The translations under genes and the position numbers were made by a program. A stretch of 64,000 bases of DNA. Origin: an uncultured Clostridia bacterium. GTDB lineage: Bacteria; Bacillota; Clostridia; Christensenellales; CAG-917. This document shows, one piece after another, positions 47,781-56,072 of the stretch. The notes below the pieces were generated by a model. It saw only the letters and a program-made list of their open reading frames with translations. It was not told the origin of the DNA and searched no databases. The stretch's first letter is position 1; each line of letters opens with the position of its first letter. Where the stretch lies: the NCBI GenBank assembly GCA_947625145.1, contig CANQNC010000005.1:2965-66964 (forward strand), read 5' to 3'.

Positions 47781-49004
47781 ATGAAATTCAACAATATAGA
47801 TTTTGACAACTACTTCAAAACATACCCCGACGCAAAAGGCTTTTACGGCAGGTTCGGAGGGTCGTTTGTGCCCGAAGATCTGCAAAAGGCGATAGACGAG
47901 ATCACGGACGCCTACCTCACTATATGCAAATCCGCGAAGTTTATAGACGAGCTAAGGCGGATACGCCGCGAGTTTCAAGGCAGGCCCACGCCCATATCTC
48001 ATCTTCAAAGACTGTCAGACAGCATAGGCAAGGTTCAGCTGTACGCAAAGCGCGAGGACCTGAACCACACGGGCGCGCACAAACTCAACCACTGCATGGG
48101 CGAAGTTTTGCTTGCCAAGTATATGGGCAAAAAGAAGGTCATCGCCGAGACGGGCGCAGGTCAGCACGGCGTCGCGCTGGCGACAGCCGCCGCCTACTTC
48201 GGGCTTGAGTGCGAAATATATATGGGCGCTGTGGACATCAAAAAGCAGGCTCCCAACGTCGCGCGCATGAAGGTGCTGGGCGCGAGGGTCGTGGAGGTCA
48301 CGGACGGACTTGCAACGCTCAAAGAGGCGGTGGACGCCGCGTTTTCGGCATATCTCGGCGACTACAAAAACACCATGTATTGCATAGGCTCTGTCGTGGG
48401 GCCGCATCCCTTCCCCATGATGGTCAGGGACTTCCAAAGCGTGGTCGGCATTGAGGCGAGAGAACAATTTTTGCAAATGACGGGCGAACTCCCCGACGCG
48501 GTGGTCGCGTGCGTGGGCGGAGGCTCGAACGCTATGGGCTTGTTTTCGGGATTTTTGAACGACCCCGTGAAGATCATAGGCGTGGAGCCTCTCGGCAGAG
48601 GCAAGAAGCTCGGCGACAACGCCGCGAGCCTGACGTACGGAAGCGAGGGCGTGATGCACGGCTTCAACTCGATCATGCTCAAGGACAAAAACGGGGATCC
48701 CGCGCCCGTGTACTCGGTCGCGAGCGGGCTGGACTACCCCTCCACAGGTCCCGAACATTCCTTCTTGAAGGAGATCGGCAGAGTGAACTACGACGTGATA
48801 GACGACGCCGCTTCAATTGACGCCTTCTACAAACTGTCTCGGCTTGAGGGCATCATCCCCGCCCTCGAGAGTTCGCACGCCATAGCCTACGCCATGCAGC
48901 TTGCAAAGTCCATGGAGCACGGCTCCATCCTCGTCAACCTTTCGGGCAGAGGGGACAAGGACATCGACTACGTGATAGAACGCTTCGGCGTCCCCGAAGT
49001 CTGA
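47781..49004 (+). CDS. trpB: tryptophan synthase beta-chain homologue, stand-alone
   Basis: 407 aa with the [12 protein letters not shown]-lysine motif and GGGSNAMG. No trpA or other trp genes are adjacent. Confidence 0.85.
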   Translation: MKFNNIDFDNYFKTYPDAKGFYGRFGGSFVPEDLQKAIDEITDAYLTICKSAKFIDELRRIRREFQGRPTPISHLQRLSDSIGKVQLYAKREDLNHTGAHKLNHCMGEVLLAKYMGKKKVIAETGAGQHGVALATAAAYFGLECEIYMGAVDIKKQAPNVARMKVLGARVVEVTDGLATLKEAVDAAFSAYLGDYKNTMYCIGSVVGPHPFPMMVRDFQSVVGIEAREQFLQMTGELPDAVVACVGGGSNAMGLFSGFLNDPVKIIGVEPLGRGKKLGDNAASLTYGSEGVMHGFNSIMLKDKNGDPAPVYSVASGLDYPSTGPEHSFLKEIGRVNYDVIDDAASIDAFYKLSRLEGIIPALESSHAIAYAMQLAKSMEHGSILVNLSGRGDKDIDYVIERFGVPEV

Positions 49005-49120
49005 AACGTCGCGGCAACCTCTCGGCTTTTGTCAATAAAACAGAACAGCCAACCGCTCAAAAGGTAAATCGCTTAGGGAAAAACAAAATTTTTGTTGGGA
49101 TACGCTTTGGATAAACCAAA

Positions 49121-49155
49121 CAAAGAAGTCGAGAGCAAAACTCTCGACTTCTTTG
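49121..49155 (+). terminator. long hairpin after trpB
   Basis: CAAAGAAGTCGAGAG-CAAAA-CTCTCGACTTCTTTG is a perfect 15-bp stem followed by TTGTTG. Confidence 0.6.
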
Positions 49156-49276
49156 TTGTAGTGAATCTGAATAACTTTTGTCAATATCGCTCCGTTTCTT
49201 GCACAGCGGACAAGAGGCACAAATCGTTCGTCAACAAGTGAACACAGCAACATCATTTTGCTTTTTTATTTTATTA

Positions 49277-49513
49277 TTGACTTTCGCCCTGAGATGTGGA
49301 ATAATAATAATTGCCAAATAAGTTTATGCCCAAGAAAGGAGTGCGGGCTTTTTATTTTCATTAAAACATATATGATTTTTCCACACGCTAAAAGAATCCG
49401 GTAAAAACGCAGATTCCAATTATGTGTGTGGAAAGATCCGTACCGCATAAACTTGTTTGGCGACAATCGGAGTTTGCGTTTTTCGTGCGCTGACTTCGGT
49501 CGGCGCATTTTTT
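49277..49513 (+). promoter_or_regulatory. candidate promoter plus structured leader of about 200 nt ending in an intrinsic terminator
   Basis: The promoter reads TTGACT (49277-49282), a 17-nt spacer, then AATAAT. Nested helices TTCCACAC/GTGTGGAA and GAATC/GATTC follow. The terminator GCGCTGAC-TTCG-GTCGGCGC plus ATTTTTT lies at 49487-49513, 24 nt before the ATG at 49538. Confidence 0.45.
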
Positions 49514-49537
49514 ATGTGACGGAGCAGACAGAGAAAA

Positions 49538-50239
49538 ATGAAAACGAAAAGAAAAGAAATTGCGTTTATAGTTTTTAACAGGCTGTTTTGGCTGTTCGTT
49601 TTTCTGGCGACGATTATCGGGCCTCCAACCTTTCTGTTTGCCTACAGAAATGCTAAAATCGAAATGGTTGACTCCTCCGCGTCTATAGAGGATTATGACG
49701 AGTATTTGAACCAAACTACGGTAAATGTCGAAGTCACGTTTGACAAGAATGTTAATTCGGCAGACATAGAGGTAATTTTCTATGACAACAAGGGCTTAAA
49801 ACTGGAAACGATAGAGCACACCTTTTTGGGTTATGGAAAAACTGCGTCAAGCACTTTTTATTATGTAGACGGCAAAGTCGAAAGCTATGAAATTTCCGAA
49901 ATTTATTCAGTTACGCGTTATGGTGACATCGTATTGATATGTACAATCCTAATCTGCGTGATTGGCGGGATAACTTCATTTGCGTTATTTGTGGCGTCAC
50001 TGTTCCTGTCGTGTAAAAAGTACCGATATAACGGAAACGATATACTGGTTTATGCCGGATGGTACAAACATTATATAAAAGTCAACGGAGAAAAATTTGA
50101 CGAACATAATACAGGTTCATCACGTACCGCATTGTATATGTCCTGTACGTTGGATGACGGAGCTGAAGTGCTGGTCAGAATTTCTACCACAAACAGTATA
50201 ACGCTTAAAATAAACGGCAAGTTGCAAAAGCCACTGTAA
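49538..50239 (+). CDS. hypothetical two-pass membrane protein (AT-rich gene)
   Basis: 233 aa with an N-terminal helix, a beta-rich segment of about 110 aa, a second helix and a C-terminal domain of about 75 aa. I recognise no motif. Confidence 0.55.
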   Translation: MKTKRKEIAFIVFNRLFWLFVFLATIIGPPTFLFAYRNAKIEMVDSSASIEDYDEYLNQTTVNVEVTFDKNVNSADIEVIFYDNKGLKLETIEHTFLGYGKTASSTFYYVDGKVESYEISEIYSVTRYGDIVLICTILICVIGGITSFALFVASLFLSCKKYRYNGNDILVYAGWYKHYIKVNGEKFDEHNTGSSRTALYMSCTLDDGAEVLVRISTTNSITLKINGKLQKPL

Positions 50240-50280
50240 ATATCTACCAAAAATATTTTGAGTGCCTATAAAGCTGCACT

Positions 50281-50445
50281 ATTGATATCCACCCCATAAA
50301 AACTCTACGCATTTTGATGGGGACCCCCGGAGACGCTCCATCCTAACTTTTGGAAATATGGATGACACAGCTATTCGCTCAATAGCGCGGGGATAGGGAA
50401 AGATGACAACTTACAGTAAGATAAAGAAATGTAAAACCGCGATAT
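50281..50445. repeat. 165-bp direct repeat, copy A
   Basis: It is near-identical to 50573-50737, with about ten mismatches or indels by eye. It contains the hairpin CCCCAT...ATGGGG and the core TGACACAGCTATTCGCTCAATAGCGCGG. Confidence 0.9.
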
Positions 50446-50572
50446 ATGGATGCTAGGCTAGGAAACAGCCATATCCAGAACCGCCAAGTGTACTTTGCGT
50501 ACACGACGGCGAGGGAGAGGGCTGTTGACAACGCATAGCGCCAAATAGCGTCGTTTTACGTAAAACCGCGAT

Positions 50573-50737
50573 ATTGATATCCACCCCATGAAAACGCTAC
50601 GCATTTTAATGGGGACCCCGGGGAACGCTCTATCCTAACTTTTGGAAATATGGATGACACAGCTATTCGCTCAATAGCGCGGAGATAGGGAAAGATGACA
50701 ACTTACAGTAAGATAAAGACGTGTAAAACCGCGATAT
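50573..50737. repeat. 165-bp direct repeat, copy B
   Basis: See copy A. The two copies are offset by 292 bp. Confidence 0.9.
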
Positions 50738-50833
50738 TGAGATGAGTGACAAGGAAGCGCCCTTCGGAAGGTCGGCCTAATGTACATGTAGTACATGACC
50801 GAACTGACGAGGGGCGCTGACACAGTCAATCGC

Positions 50834-51547
50834 TCAATAGCGCGGTTTTACCAAATCGGAGATTATTTCTTTTGCAATAATAAACCCCACTACCGAGGGG
50901 ACAAAGGCGACGCTCCCGGGGACAGCTCGGCGATCGCTGTCGCTGTCAACAAAGTCGGGTTTGAGGGGTTCCTCGCGCGAATAGACGACTTTGAGGCTGT
51001 CTATGCCAAGTTTGCGCAACTCGCGGCGCATGACCTTGGCGAGGGGGCAAACCGAAGTTTGGTATATATCCGCGACCTCGAATGCGGTGGGGTCCAGCTT
51101 GTTGCCCGCGCCCATGGCGCTGATGACGGGGACGTTTGCCTCCTTTGCGCTTTGGACAATGGCGAGCTTGCCCGCAACGGTGTCTATGGCGTCCACAACA
51201 TAGTCGTAAATGCGGAAGTCGAATTGGCTCCGATTTGAGGGCAAAAAGAAGGTCTTGTGGGTCGTGACCTTGCAAGCGGGATCAATGTCCGCGACGCGCT
51301 CGGCGGCGACGTCCACTTTGTATCTGCCGACAGTGCTGTGCAAGGCATAGATCTGCCGATTGATGTTTGAGGCGCTTACCACGTCGTTGTCAACAAGATC
51401 GAGGGCGCCTATGCCCGAACGAGCTAGGGCTTCGACGACATATCCCCCGACTCCGCCCACGCCGAAAACGGCAACGCGAGAAGAGGCAAGTTTTTGCATT
51501 GCCTGTTCGCCCAAAAGCATTTGCGTCCTTGACAATTCGTCTGTCAT
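50834..51547 (-). CDS. tcdA: tRNA threonylcarbamoyladenosine dehydratase (ThiF/E1-like)
   Basis: It starts MTDELSRTQMLLG and contains VAVFGVGGVGGYVVEALARSG and NINRQ. The alternative GTG start at 51565 has no Shine-Dalgarno. Confidence 0.8.
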   Translation of the reverse strand: MTDELSRTQMLLGEQAMQKLASSRVAVFGVGGVGGYVVEALARSGIGALDLVDNDVVSASNINRQIYALHSTVGRYKVDVAAERVADIDPACKVTTHKTFFLPSNRSQFDFRIYDYVVDAIDTVAGKLAIVQSAKEANVPVISAMGAGNKLDPTAFEVADIYQTSVCPLAKVMRRELRKLGIDSLKVVYSREEPLKPDFVDSDSDRRAVPGSVAFVPSVVGFIIAKEIISDLVKPRY

Positions 51548-51584
51548 GAGAAGATGATAGCACACTTGCCGCGCAAAATCAAGC

Positions 51585-51676
51585 GAGCGTAAAGCGCAAT
51601 TGAATTGGCATATCCAACGAGCATAAAGCGCAATTGAATTGACATATCAATTGAGCGTAAAGCGCAAGCAAATCGG
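51585..51676. repeat. 34-bp tandem repeat, about 2.7 copies
   Basis: The units are GAGCGTAAAGCGCAATTGAATTGGCATATCCAAC, GAGCATAAAGCGCAATTGAATTGACATATCAATT and GAGCGTAAAGCGCAAGCAAATCGG. Confidence 0.85.
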
Positions 51677-51838
51677 CGTCTCCATTTGCCGTTGGACAAA
51701 ACGTCTACGTTTATATGGACAGGCTCCATGCGTCAAGCGTACGGCTGACGGAACCGCTGATTATACTCGGAGGATTTGTTTCCGAAACGCCGAAGCTGTT
51801 CCTGCCTCGGCGGCGCAGCCGACGGATATTCCGCAAGC

Positions 51839-51868
51839 AAAAACGGCGTAGTGAAAACTACGCCGTTT
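51839..51868 (-). terminator. intrinsic terminator after the NYN-domain gene
   Basis: The minus strand reads AAACGGCGTAGTTTTCACTACGCCGTTTTT, an 11-bp stem. Confidence 0.8.
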
Positions 51869-51889
51869 GAAATCATATGAAATTCAAGC

Positions 51890-52567
51890 TCAGTCGGAGA
51901 GGATCTTGTTGAATTGCTCGAGCAACAGCGCCATTTGAGCCTGTTCCTCCGCGCTGGGTTGAGCGGGGGCGGGAGCAGCGGGAGCCGGCGCAGGTGCGGG
52001 AGCAGGAGCAGGTGCAGGCGCGGGAGCGGGAGCGGGCTGAACGGGAATGGGCCTTGCGGGAGCCACTCTCTTGGGAGGAGCGGCGTGGGTCGCGGATTGG
52101 CCGACCTTCCTGTAGCCTGCGTTGAGCACCGTCTGCGAAGAGGCGTTTGCGTCAAGGATGATGACCTTGTTGCAGAGGACGGAGTTTTTGTCGGGTTCGA
52201 TGACGCCCGCAACGACGTCCTTGCCGTACGCCTTGAGGTACGCGATCAGCGGAGTGATGTCCCCGTTTCCGTAGATGATGAAGAAGCCGTCGATGTTTGG
52301 GAATTGCGCAAGTCTTGCCGCGTCAATGACCTGCCTCAGATCGAGCTTGCCCTTCCTCTTTTTGGGGAGAGCGGAAAGCGCGTCATAGCTGTTTTCCTGA
52401 ATAAACTCGCCGTAGTCCTTGGTGCGCTTTGCGGAATATCCGTAAAATTTGCAGGCCGCGATCTCGCCGTAGCGGGAAAGCTCCTCAAGCGCGGACGCAA
52501 AAACCGTGAAGGGCACGCGCACGCTCTCGATGTCTGCAAGAACAACATACTTCTTATTAGCTGCCAT
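51890..52567 (-). CDS. NYN/LabA-like domain protein with a (Pro-Ala)n tract
   Basis: 225 aa. The N-terminal about 150 aa fit the NYN/LabA pattern (...IIYGNGDITPLIAYLKAYGKDVV...). PAPAPAPAPAPAPAPAPAAPAPA follows. Confidence 0.55.
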   Translation of the reverse strand: MAANKKYVVLADIESVRVPFTVFASALEELSRYGEIAACKFYGYSAKRTKDYGEFIQENSYDALSALPKKRKGKLDLRQVIDAARLAQFPNIDGFFIIYGNGDITPLIAYLKAYGKDVVAGVIEPDKNSVLCNKVIILDANASSQTVLNAGYRKVGQSATHAAPPKRVAPARPIPVQPAPAPAPAPAPAPAPAPAPAAPAPAQPSAEEQAQMALLLEQFNKILSD

Positions 52568-52645
52568 AATTTTCTCCTCTGCTCCGTTTGAAGCACATAC
52601 AATTTGTATTATATATATTATTCTATCTTAAAACAATTCATTTGT

Positions 52646-53449
52646 CTAGACTTTTTTTTCTCTTTTGAAATAAAACAGCCATTGTTGCACAAAACCCGAG
52701 TATTTTCCGTACTTTTGGGTCAATAAAACCGACATTTTGTCAGCGGGGACGTTTGGGTATTCCGCCTCGAACGCCTTTTTGATCCACGTGTCCACGGGGA
52801 AAACGTCGAAGCGGTTGAAGCCGAAAAGCAAAATGCAATCCGCAACTTTTCGTCCAACGCCGTACAGCCCCATCAGCTTTTGCCTGAGCGAAGGCGTGTC
52901 CAGCTTTGCCCACTCGGACATATCCTCGTCAAGCATGGCCTTTGCCACTCTGTCGAGGTACGCCGCGCGATATCCCGCCCCGATCGAGGCGAAATAGTCC
53001 TCGCCCGCCGCCGCGAGCGCTTCCACAGTGGGGAAGGCGCGGTATCCGCCCATATCCTCGCCCAATCCGTCGCAAAGCCTCTCGATAATGCCCTTTATGC
53101 GCGGGATATGGTTGTTTTGCGAAATGATGAAGGAAAACACCGTCTCGGTGGGGTCCTGCCTCAAAATGTGTATGCCCTTGCCAAACTCAACAGCTTGCGA
53201 AACAAGGGCATTATCCTGCACTTGGCGCTGTATAAAGTCATAATCCGTGTCAAAATCGAAATAGCGCTTGAAAAACTCCGCGTCGTCGCAGAGGATCTCG
53301 ACTTGCTCGCCGAGCTTGATGTCCGCCGTGTGATTGAGCGCGTACAGCTTGAAGCCCTCCTCGGTGGGCGCGAAGCGAAACACCTGCCCGCACTCGAGGG
53401 TCGCGGTCACGTCAAACGTTTGGGATTTTGGGACAACGATCTTTTCCAC
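52646..53449 (-). CDS. ogg: 8-oxoguanine DNA glycosylase / HhH-GPD family (OGG1-like)
   Basis: 267 aa from a GTG start. An N-terminal ECGQVFRF motif (OGG_N-like) and the HhH-GPD region LMGLYGVGRKVADCILLF...VDTW are present. Confidence 0.75.
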   Translation of the reverse strand: MEKIVVPKSQTFDVTATLECGQVFRFAPTEEGFKLYALNHTADIKLGEQVEILCDDAEFFKRYFDFDTDYDFIQRQVQDNALVSQAVEFGKGIHILRQDPTETVFSFIISQNNHIPRIKGIIERLCDGLGEDMGGYRAFPTVEALAAAGEDYFASIGAGYRAAYLDRVAKAMLDEDMSEWAKLDTPSLRQKLMGLYGVGRKVADCILLFGFNRFDVFPVDTWIKKAFEAEYPNVPADKMSVLLTQKYGKYSGFVQQWLFYFKREKKV

Positions 53450-53456
53450 ATTGAAA

Positions 53457-53476
53457 AGCGCCGTCTGCGACGGCGC
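53457..53476 (-). terminator. hairpin after rpmA
   Basis: The minus strand reads GCGCCGTCGCAGACGGCGCTTTTC. It sits only 7 nt before the ogg GTG start. Confidence 0.55.
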
Positions 53477-53483
53477 TCAAGGG

Positions 53484-53771
53484 TCAATTTTGTGCGGCGT
53501 ACACCGACACTTGTTTGCGGGTCTTGCCCACTCTTTCAAACTTGACAACTCCGTCGATAAGAGCAAACAGTGTGTCGTCCTTGCCGATCGAGACGTTGTT
53601 GCCGGGATGATACTTTGTGCCTCTTTGCCTGACAAGGATGTTGCCCGCAAGCACAAACTGTCCGTCCGCTCTCTTGGGTCCGAGGCGTTTTGCCGCGGAT
53701 TCACGGCCGTTGTGGGACGAGCCCGAGCCTTTCTTATGCGCAAACAGTTGAATATTGATAAACATAGTCAT
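53484..53771 (-). CDS. rpmA: 50S ribosomal protein L27 with an N-terminal propeptide
   Basis: [25 protein letters not shown]. The Firmicutes-type extension precedes the conserved AHKK. Confidence 0.95.
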   Translation of the reverse strand: MTMFINIQLFAHKKGSGSSHNGRESAAKRLGPKRADGQFVLAGNILVRQRGTKYHPGNNVSIGKDDTLFALIDGVVKFERVGKTRKQVSVYAAQN

Positions 53772-54097
53772 TTTACCTCCAATTCTATGAAGTCCGAAAA
53801 CGTTTCGTGGAGGTCGGACGCCCCCAAATAGGCGGTTTTGAGGATGATATCCGCGTCATGCCACTCGTCATCGGAGATGTCTTTGGGGAGTATCGCTTTC
53901 AGATATCCTCTCTCCTCGTCCGTTTCATAGCCGACGTTCACGCCGACGATCCGCATGACGCCAAGCACGGCTGTTTGTATCACCGAGCTGAGCGCGGCGC
54001 AGACAATGTCCTCGCCCTCGGCAGCGTATCCCGCATGCCCCTCGCACTCAACGCCCGTAAACTTGCCGTCCTCGGTCGAAAAACGCACCTTGACCAT
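53768..54097 (-). CDS. prp: ribosomal-processing cysteine protease Prp
   Basis: It starts MVKVRF with a GAGGG Shine-Dalgarno and contains GHAGYA...DIVCAALS. It lies between rplU and rpmA. Confidence 0.9.
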   Translation of the reverse strand: MVKVRFSTEDGKFTGVECEGHAGYAAEGEDIVCAALSSVIQTAVLGVMRIVGVNVGYETDEERGYLKAILPKDISDDEWHDADIILKTAYLGASDLHETFSDFIELEVK

Positions 54098-54098
54098 T

Positions 54099-54404
54099 TC
54101 AGCCCTCAACAGAGACGATCTTCAGCTCGGTGTACGGCTGACGATGCCCTTGACGCTTTCTGATCTGCTTCTTTGCCTTGTAATGGAACACAAACACCTT
54201 TGCGTATTTGTCCTGCCTTGTGACCTCGGCAACCACCTTGCAACCCGCGCAATCGGCGCCCGCCTTCACACCGGCGTCTCCGACAAGCATCAGCACCTTC
54301 AGCTCGACCTTTTCGCCGACCTGAACGTCAAGTTTTTCCACCTTGACAAGCATGTCCTGCTCGACCTTGTATTGCTTGCCGCCGCATTCAACAATAGCGT
54401 ACAT
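54099..54404 (-). CDS. rplU: 50S ribosomal protein L21
   Basis: MYAIVECGGKQYKV... Confidence 0.95.
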   Translation of the reverse strand: MYAIVECGGKQYKVEQDMLVKVEKLDVQVGEKVELKVLMLVGDAGVKAGADCAGCKVVAEVTRQDKYAKVFVFHYKAKKQIRKRQGHRQPYTELKIVSVEG

Positions 54405-54482
54405 ATTTACCTCCTCTGACCGGTCTCGCCGTTATGGTGCACTCGCATGACTTAAAAACCACTTTCGAGCGGCTCGACATTT

Positions 54483-54511
54483 ACTTTAACAAACCGCGAC
54501 GGATTTGTCAA
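54483..54511 (-). promoter_or_regulatory. sigma-70 promoter for rplU-prp-rpmA
   Basis: The minus strand reads TTGACA, a 17-nt spacer, then TAAAGT. A leader of about 75 nt follows and may correspond to an L21-type ribosomal leader, which I could not verify. Confidence 0.55.
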
Positions 54512-54559
54512 ACGTTTTTGTAAGATTGATATTATATATTTATATTCTTCTTTATTCTA

Positions 54560-54735
54560 CGCTCGATATCACCGCTCTTTCGGCTTTTTGACCGCTCGTT
54601 GACACAGCTCGTTGACCCTTTCGTCCATATCACAGCTCGTTCCTCTCTTGGTCACAGCTGTTGACCCTTTCGGCTCACATCATTGCTCTTTCCCCTCTTT
54701 CGTCTCTATCACAGCTCTTTCAACTTCTTGACCGC
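54560..54735. repeat. about six degenerate copies of (T)ATCACAGCTCKTT with irregular 23-34-bp spacing
   Basis: The copies are ATCACCGCTCTTTCGG, GACACAGCTCGTTGACCCTTTCG, TATCACAGCTCGTTCC, GTCACAGCTGTTGACCCTTTCGG, CATCATTGCTCTTTCC and TATCACAGCTCTTTCAAC. Confidence 0.7.
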
Positions 54736-55089
54736 AAAACCGCTCGCCACGCTTCCGCCGCAATTTTTTGCAAAGTGTTGATTTGGTCGCGCAAAGATGC
54801 TACAATAGCATTGCGACATCATCTTGATATCTTGTGAAGTGGAGTGAAATTTTCACACATACCTTTGAGGGTGGCAATTTTTGCCAAGTCCTGTATTTGT
54901 GTGTGTGAATGTTTCACAAATATTGATGGTGTCGCAACCTATGGGCGAAGGCAAGTTGCGGTGCGTCGCTCATGGCGGCGCACCTTATGTTTTCTCGCAT
55001 TTTTGCAAAAAAAATAGGCTCCGAAATTGCAAAAATCGCGATTTGGGACAAATCAAAGGGCGCAAAATCAAACCGCAAAAGGAGGATAT

Positions 55090-55980
55090 ATGCAAAGATC
55101 TCGCATCAATTTGTCAGTTTTGCGCGCTGTGGCGTGCGTTGTTGTGATTGCCGTGCTGGCGTGCTTGTCGCTGACCGCTTGCGACTTGTTCGGTGGTTCC
55201 AACCACAACACACAACAGACCACCCCAAGCTCCACGCCCGACGAAGAGCCCGAAGTCGAGGAGCCGAGCGGCGACGAACAGCCCGAAGAGCAGCCCGACG
55301 TGCAGGAACCCCCCGAAGATCAAAAGCAACCCGACGTGCAGGAACAGCCAAGCGAAGAGGAAGAACCCGAACTCACAAGAGAAGAATTTGAAAGCGAATT
55401 GGCAATTATAATTGAAAATTATTATAACGAAAATATTTCATTGATTCAATCACTCAATATTAGCGAAACAAAAATTTTGACTATAAACGCAAAAGATTCT
55501 CGTGTTTATTTCTCCTGCATGAAGACTGAAAAAAATGGTTTTGGCGTTGTTACTATAAACTCTACTTTTGCATTAAACTCTTACAGACAAATATTAGAAA
55601 ATTTAAATTTATCGAAACAAGATTTCGTCACGATATCATCCCGTATCATGGAACAAGGCGTGCCTGAGGATATTTGCGCGTTTGCATTGTCTCAAAGCAA
55701 GGTCACACAGGCGTTGTACAGCGCGGGCGTCAGCACTGACGACATCATCAATTACAAAGTCATCAACACAACAGAGTTTCAATTAACAAGTAATGGCAAT
55801 GTAACAAATATAACAATGATTATAGGCGATAAAATCGTCACAGTGTCAATGGGTGGGTCAACAGGTTGGTGTAAATCTCAAAGAGAATATTTGACACAAC
55901 TCCAAAAAGGTTATTTTTCTTATTTGGAAAACATCGAAATAAAAGATTACAGCGAACTTGCTTTGAGCGACGGCAATTAG
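55090..55980 (+). CDS. lipoprotein with an acidic Pro/Glu-rich linker and an AT-rich C-terminal domain
   Basis: The start MQRSRINLSVLRAVACVVVIAVLACLSLTAC carries a lipobox (LTAC) and has an AAAGGAGGA Shine-Dalgarno. The ORF-track start at 55027 is an extension. Confidence 0.75.
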   Translation: MQRSRINLSVLRAVACVVVIAVLACLSLTACDLFGGSNHNTQQTTPSSTPDEEPEVEEPSGDEQPEEQPDVQEPPEDQKQPDVQEQPSEEEEPELTREEFESELAIIIENYYNENISLIQSLNISETKILTINAKDSRVYFSCMKTEKNGFGVVTINSTFALNSYRQILENLNLSKQDFVTISSRIMEQGVPEDICAFALSQSKVTQALYSAGVSTDDIINYKVINTTEFQLTSNGNVTNITMIIGDKIVTVSMGGSTGWCKSQREYLTQLQKGYFSYLENIEIKDYSELALSDGN

Positions 55981-56014
55981 AAGCCAGCGCACAAAACCGA
56001 CCGCATGTTGCAAT

Positions 56015-56052
56015 TAAAAAATGACGACGCTGTTCCGTCGTCATTTTTTGTT
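56015..56052. terminator. bidirectional intrinsic terminator
   Basis: AAAAAATGACGACGCTGTTCCGTCGTCATTTTTTGTTTTT lies between convergent genes. Confidence 0.8.
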
Positions 56053-56072
56053 TTTCGGTTGCTTGTCGAGGA

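Noticed and set aside
49032-49256. A 74-aa minus-strand ORF in the AT-rich region after trpB.
   Set aside because: It overlaps the 15-bp terminator hairpin, has no Shine-Dalgarno sequence, and its product shows no recognisable features. It is probably non-coding.
53449-53476. The ogg GTG start only 7 nt downstream of the rpmA terminator hairpin, as a possible mis-annotated start or a regulatory overlap.
   Set aside because: No better in-frame start with a Shine-Dalgarno sequence is evident, and the N-terminal residues (MEKIVVPKSQTFDV...ECGQVFRF) look like a genuine OGG N-domain. I treat it as terminator read-through and did not pursue it.
54405-54482. An L21-type ribosomal-protein leader upstream of rplU.
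   Set aside because: A leader of about 75 nt exists downstream of a good promoter. I cannot recall the Rfam L21_leader consensus well enough to confirm it, so I report only the promoter.
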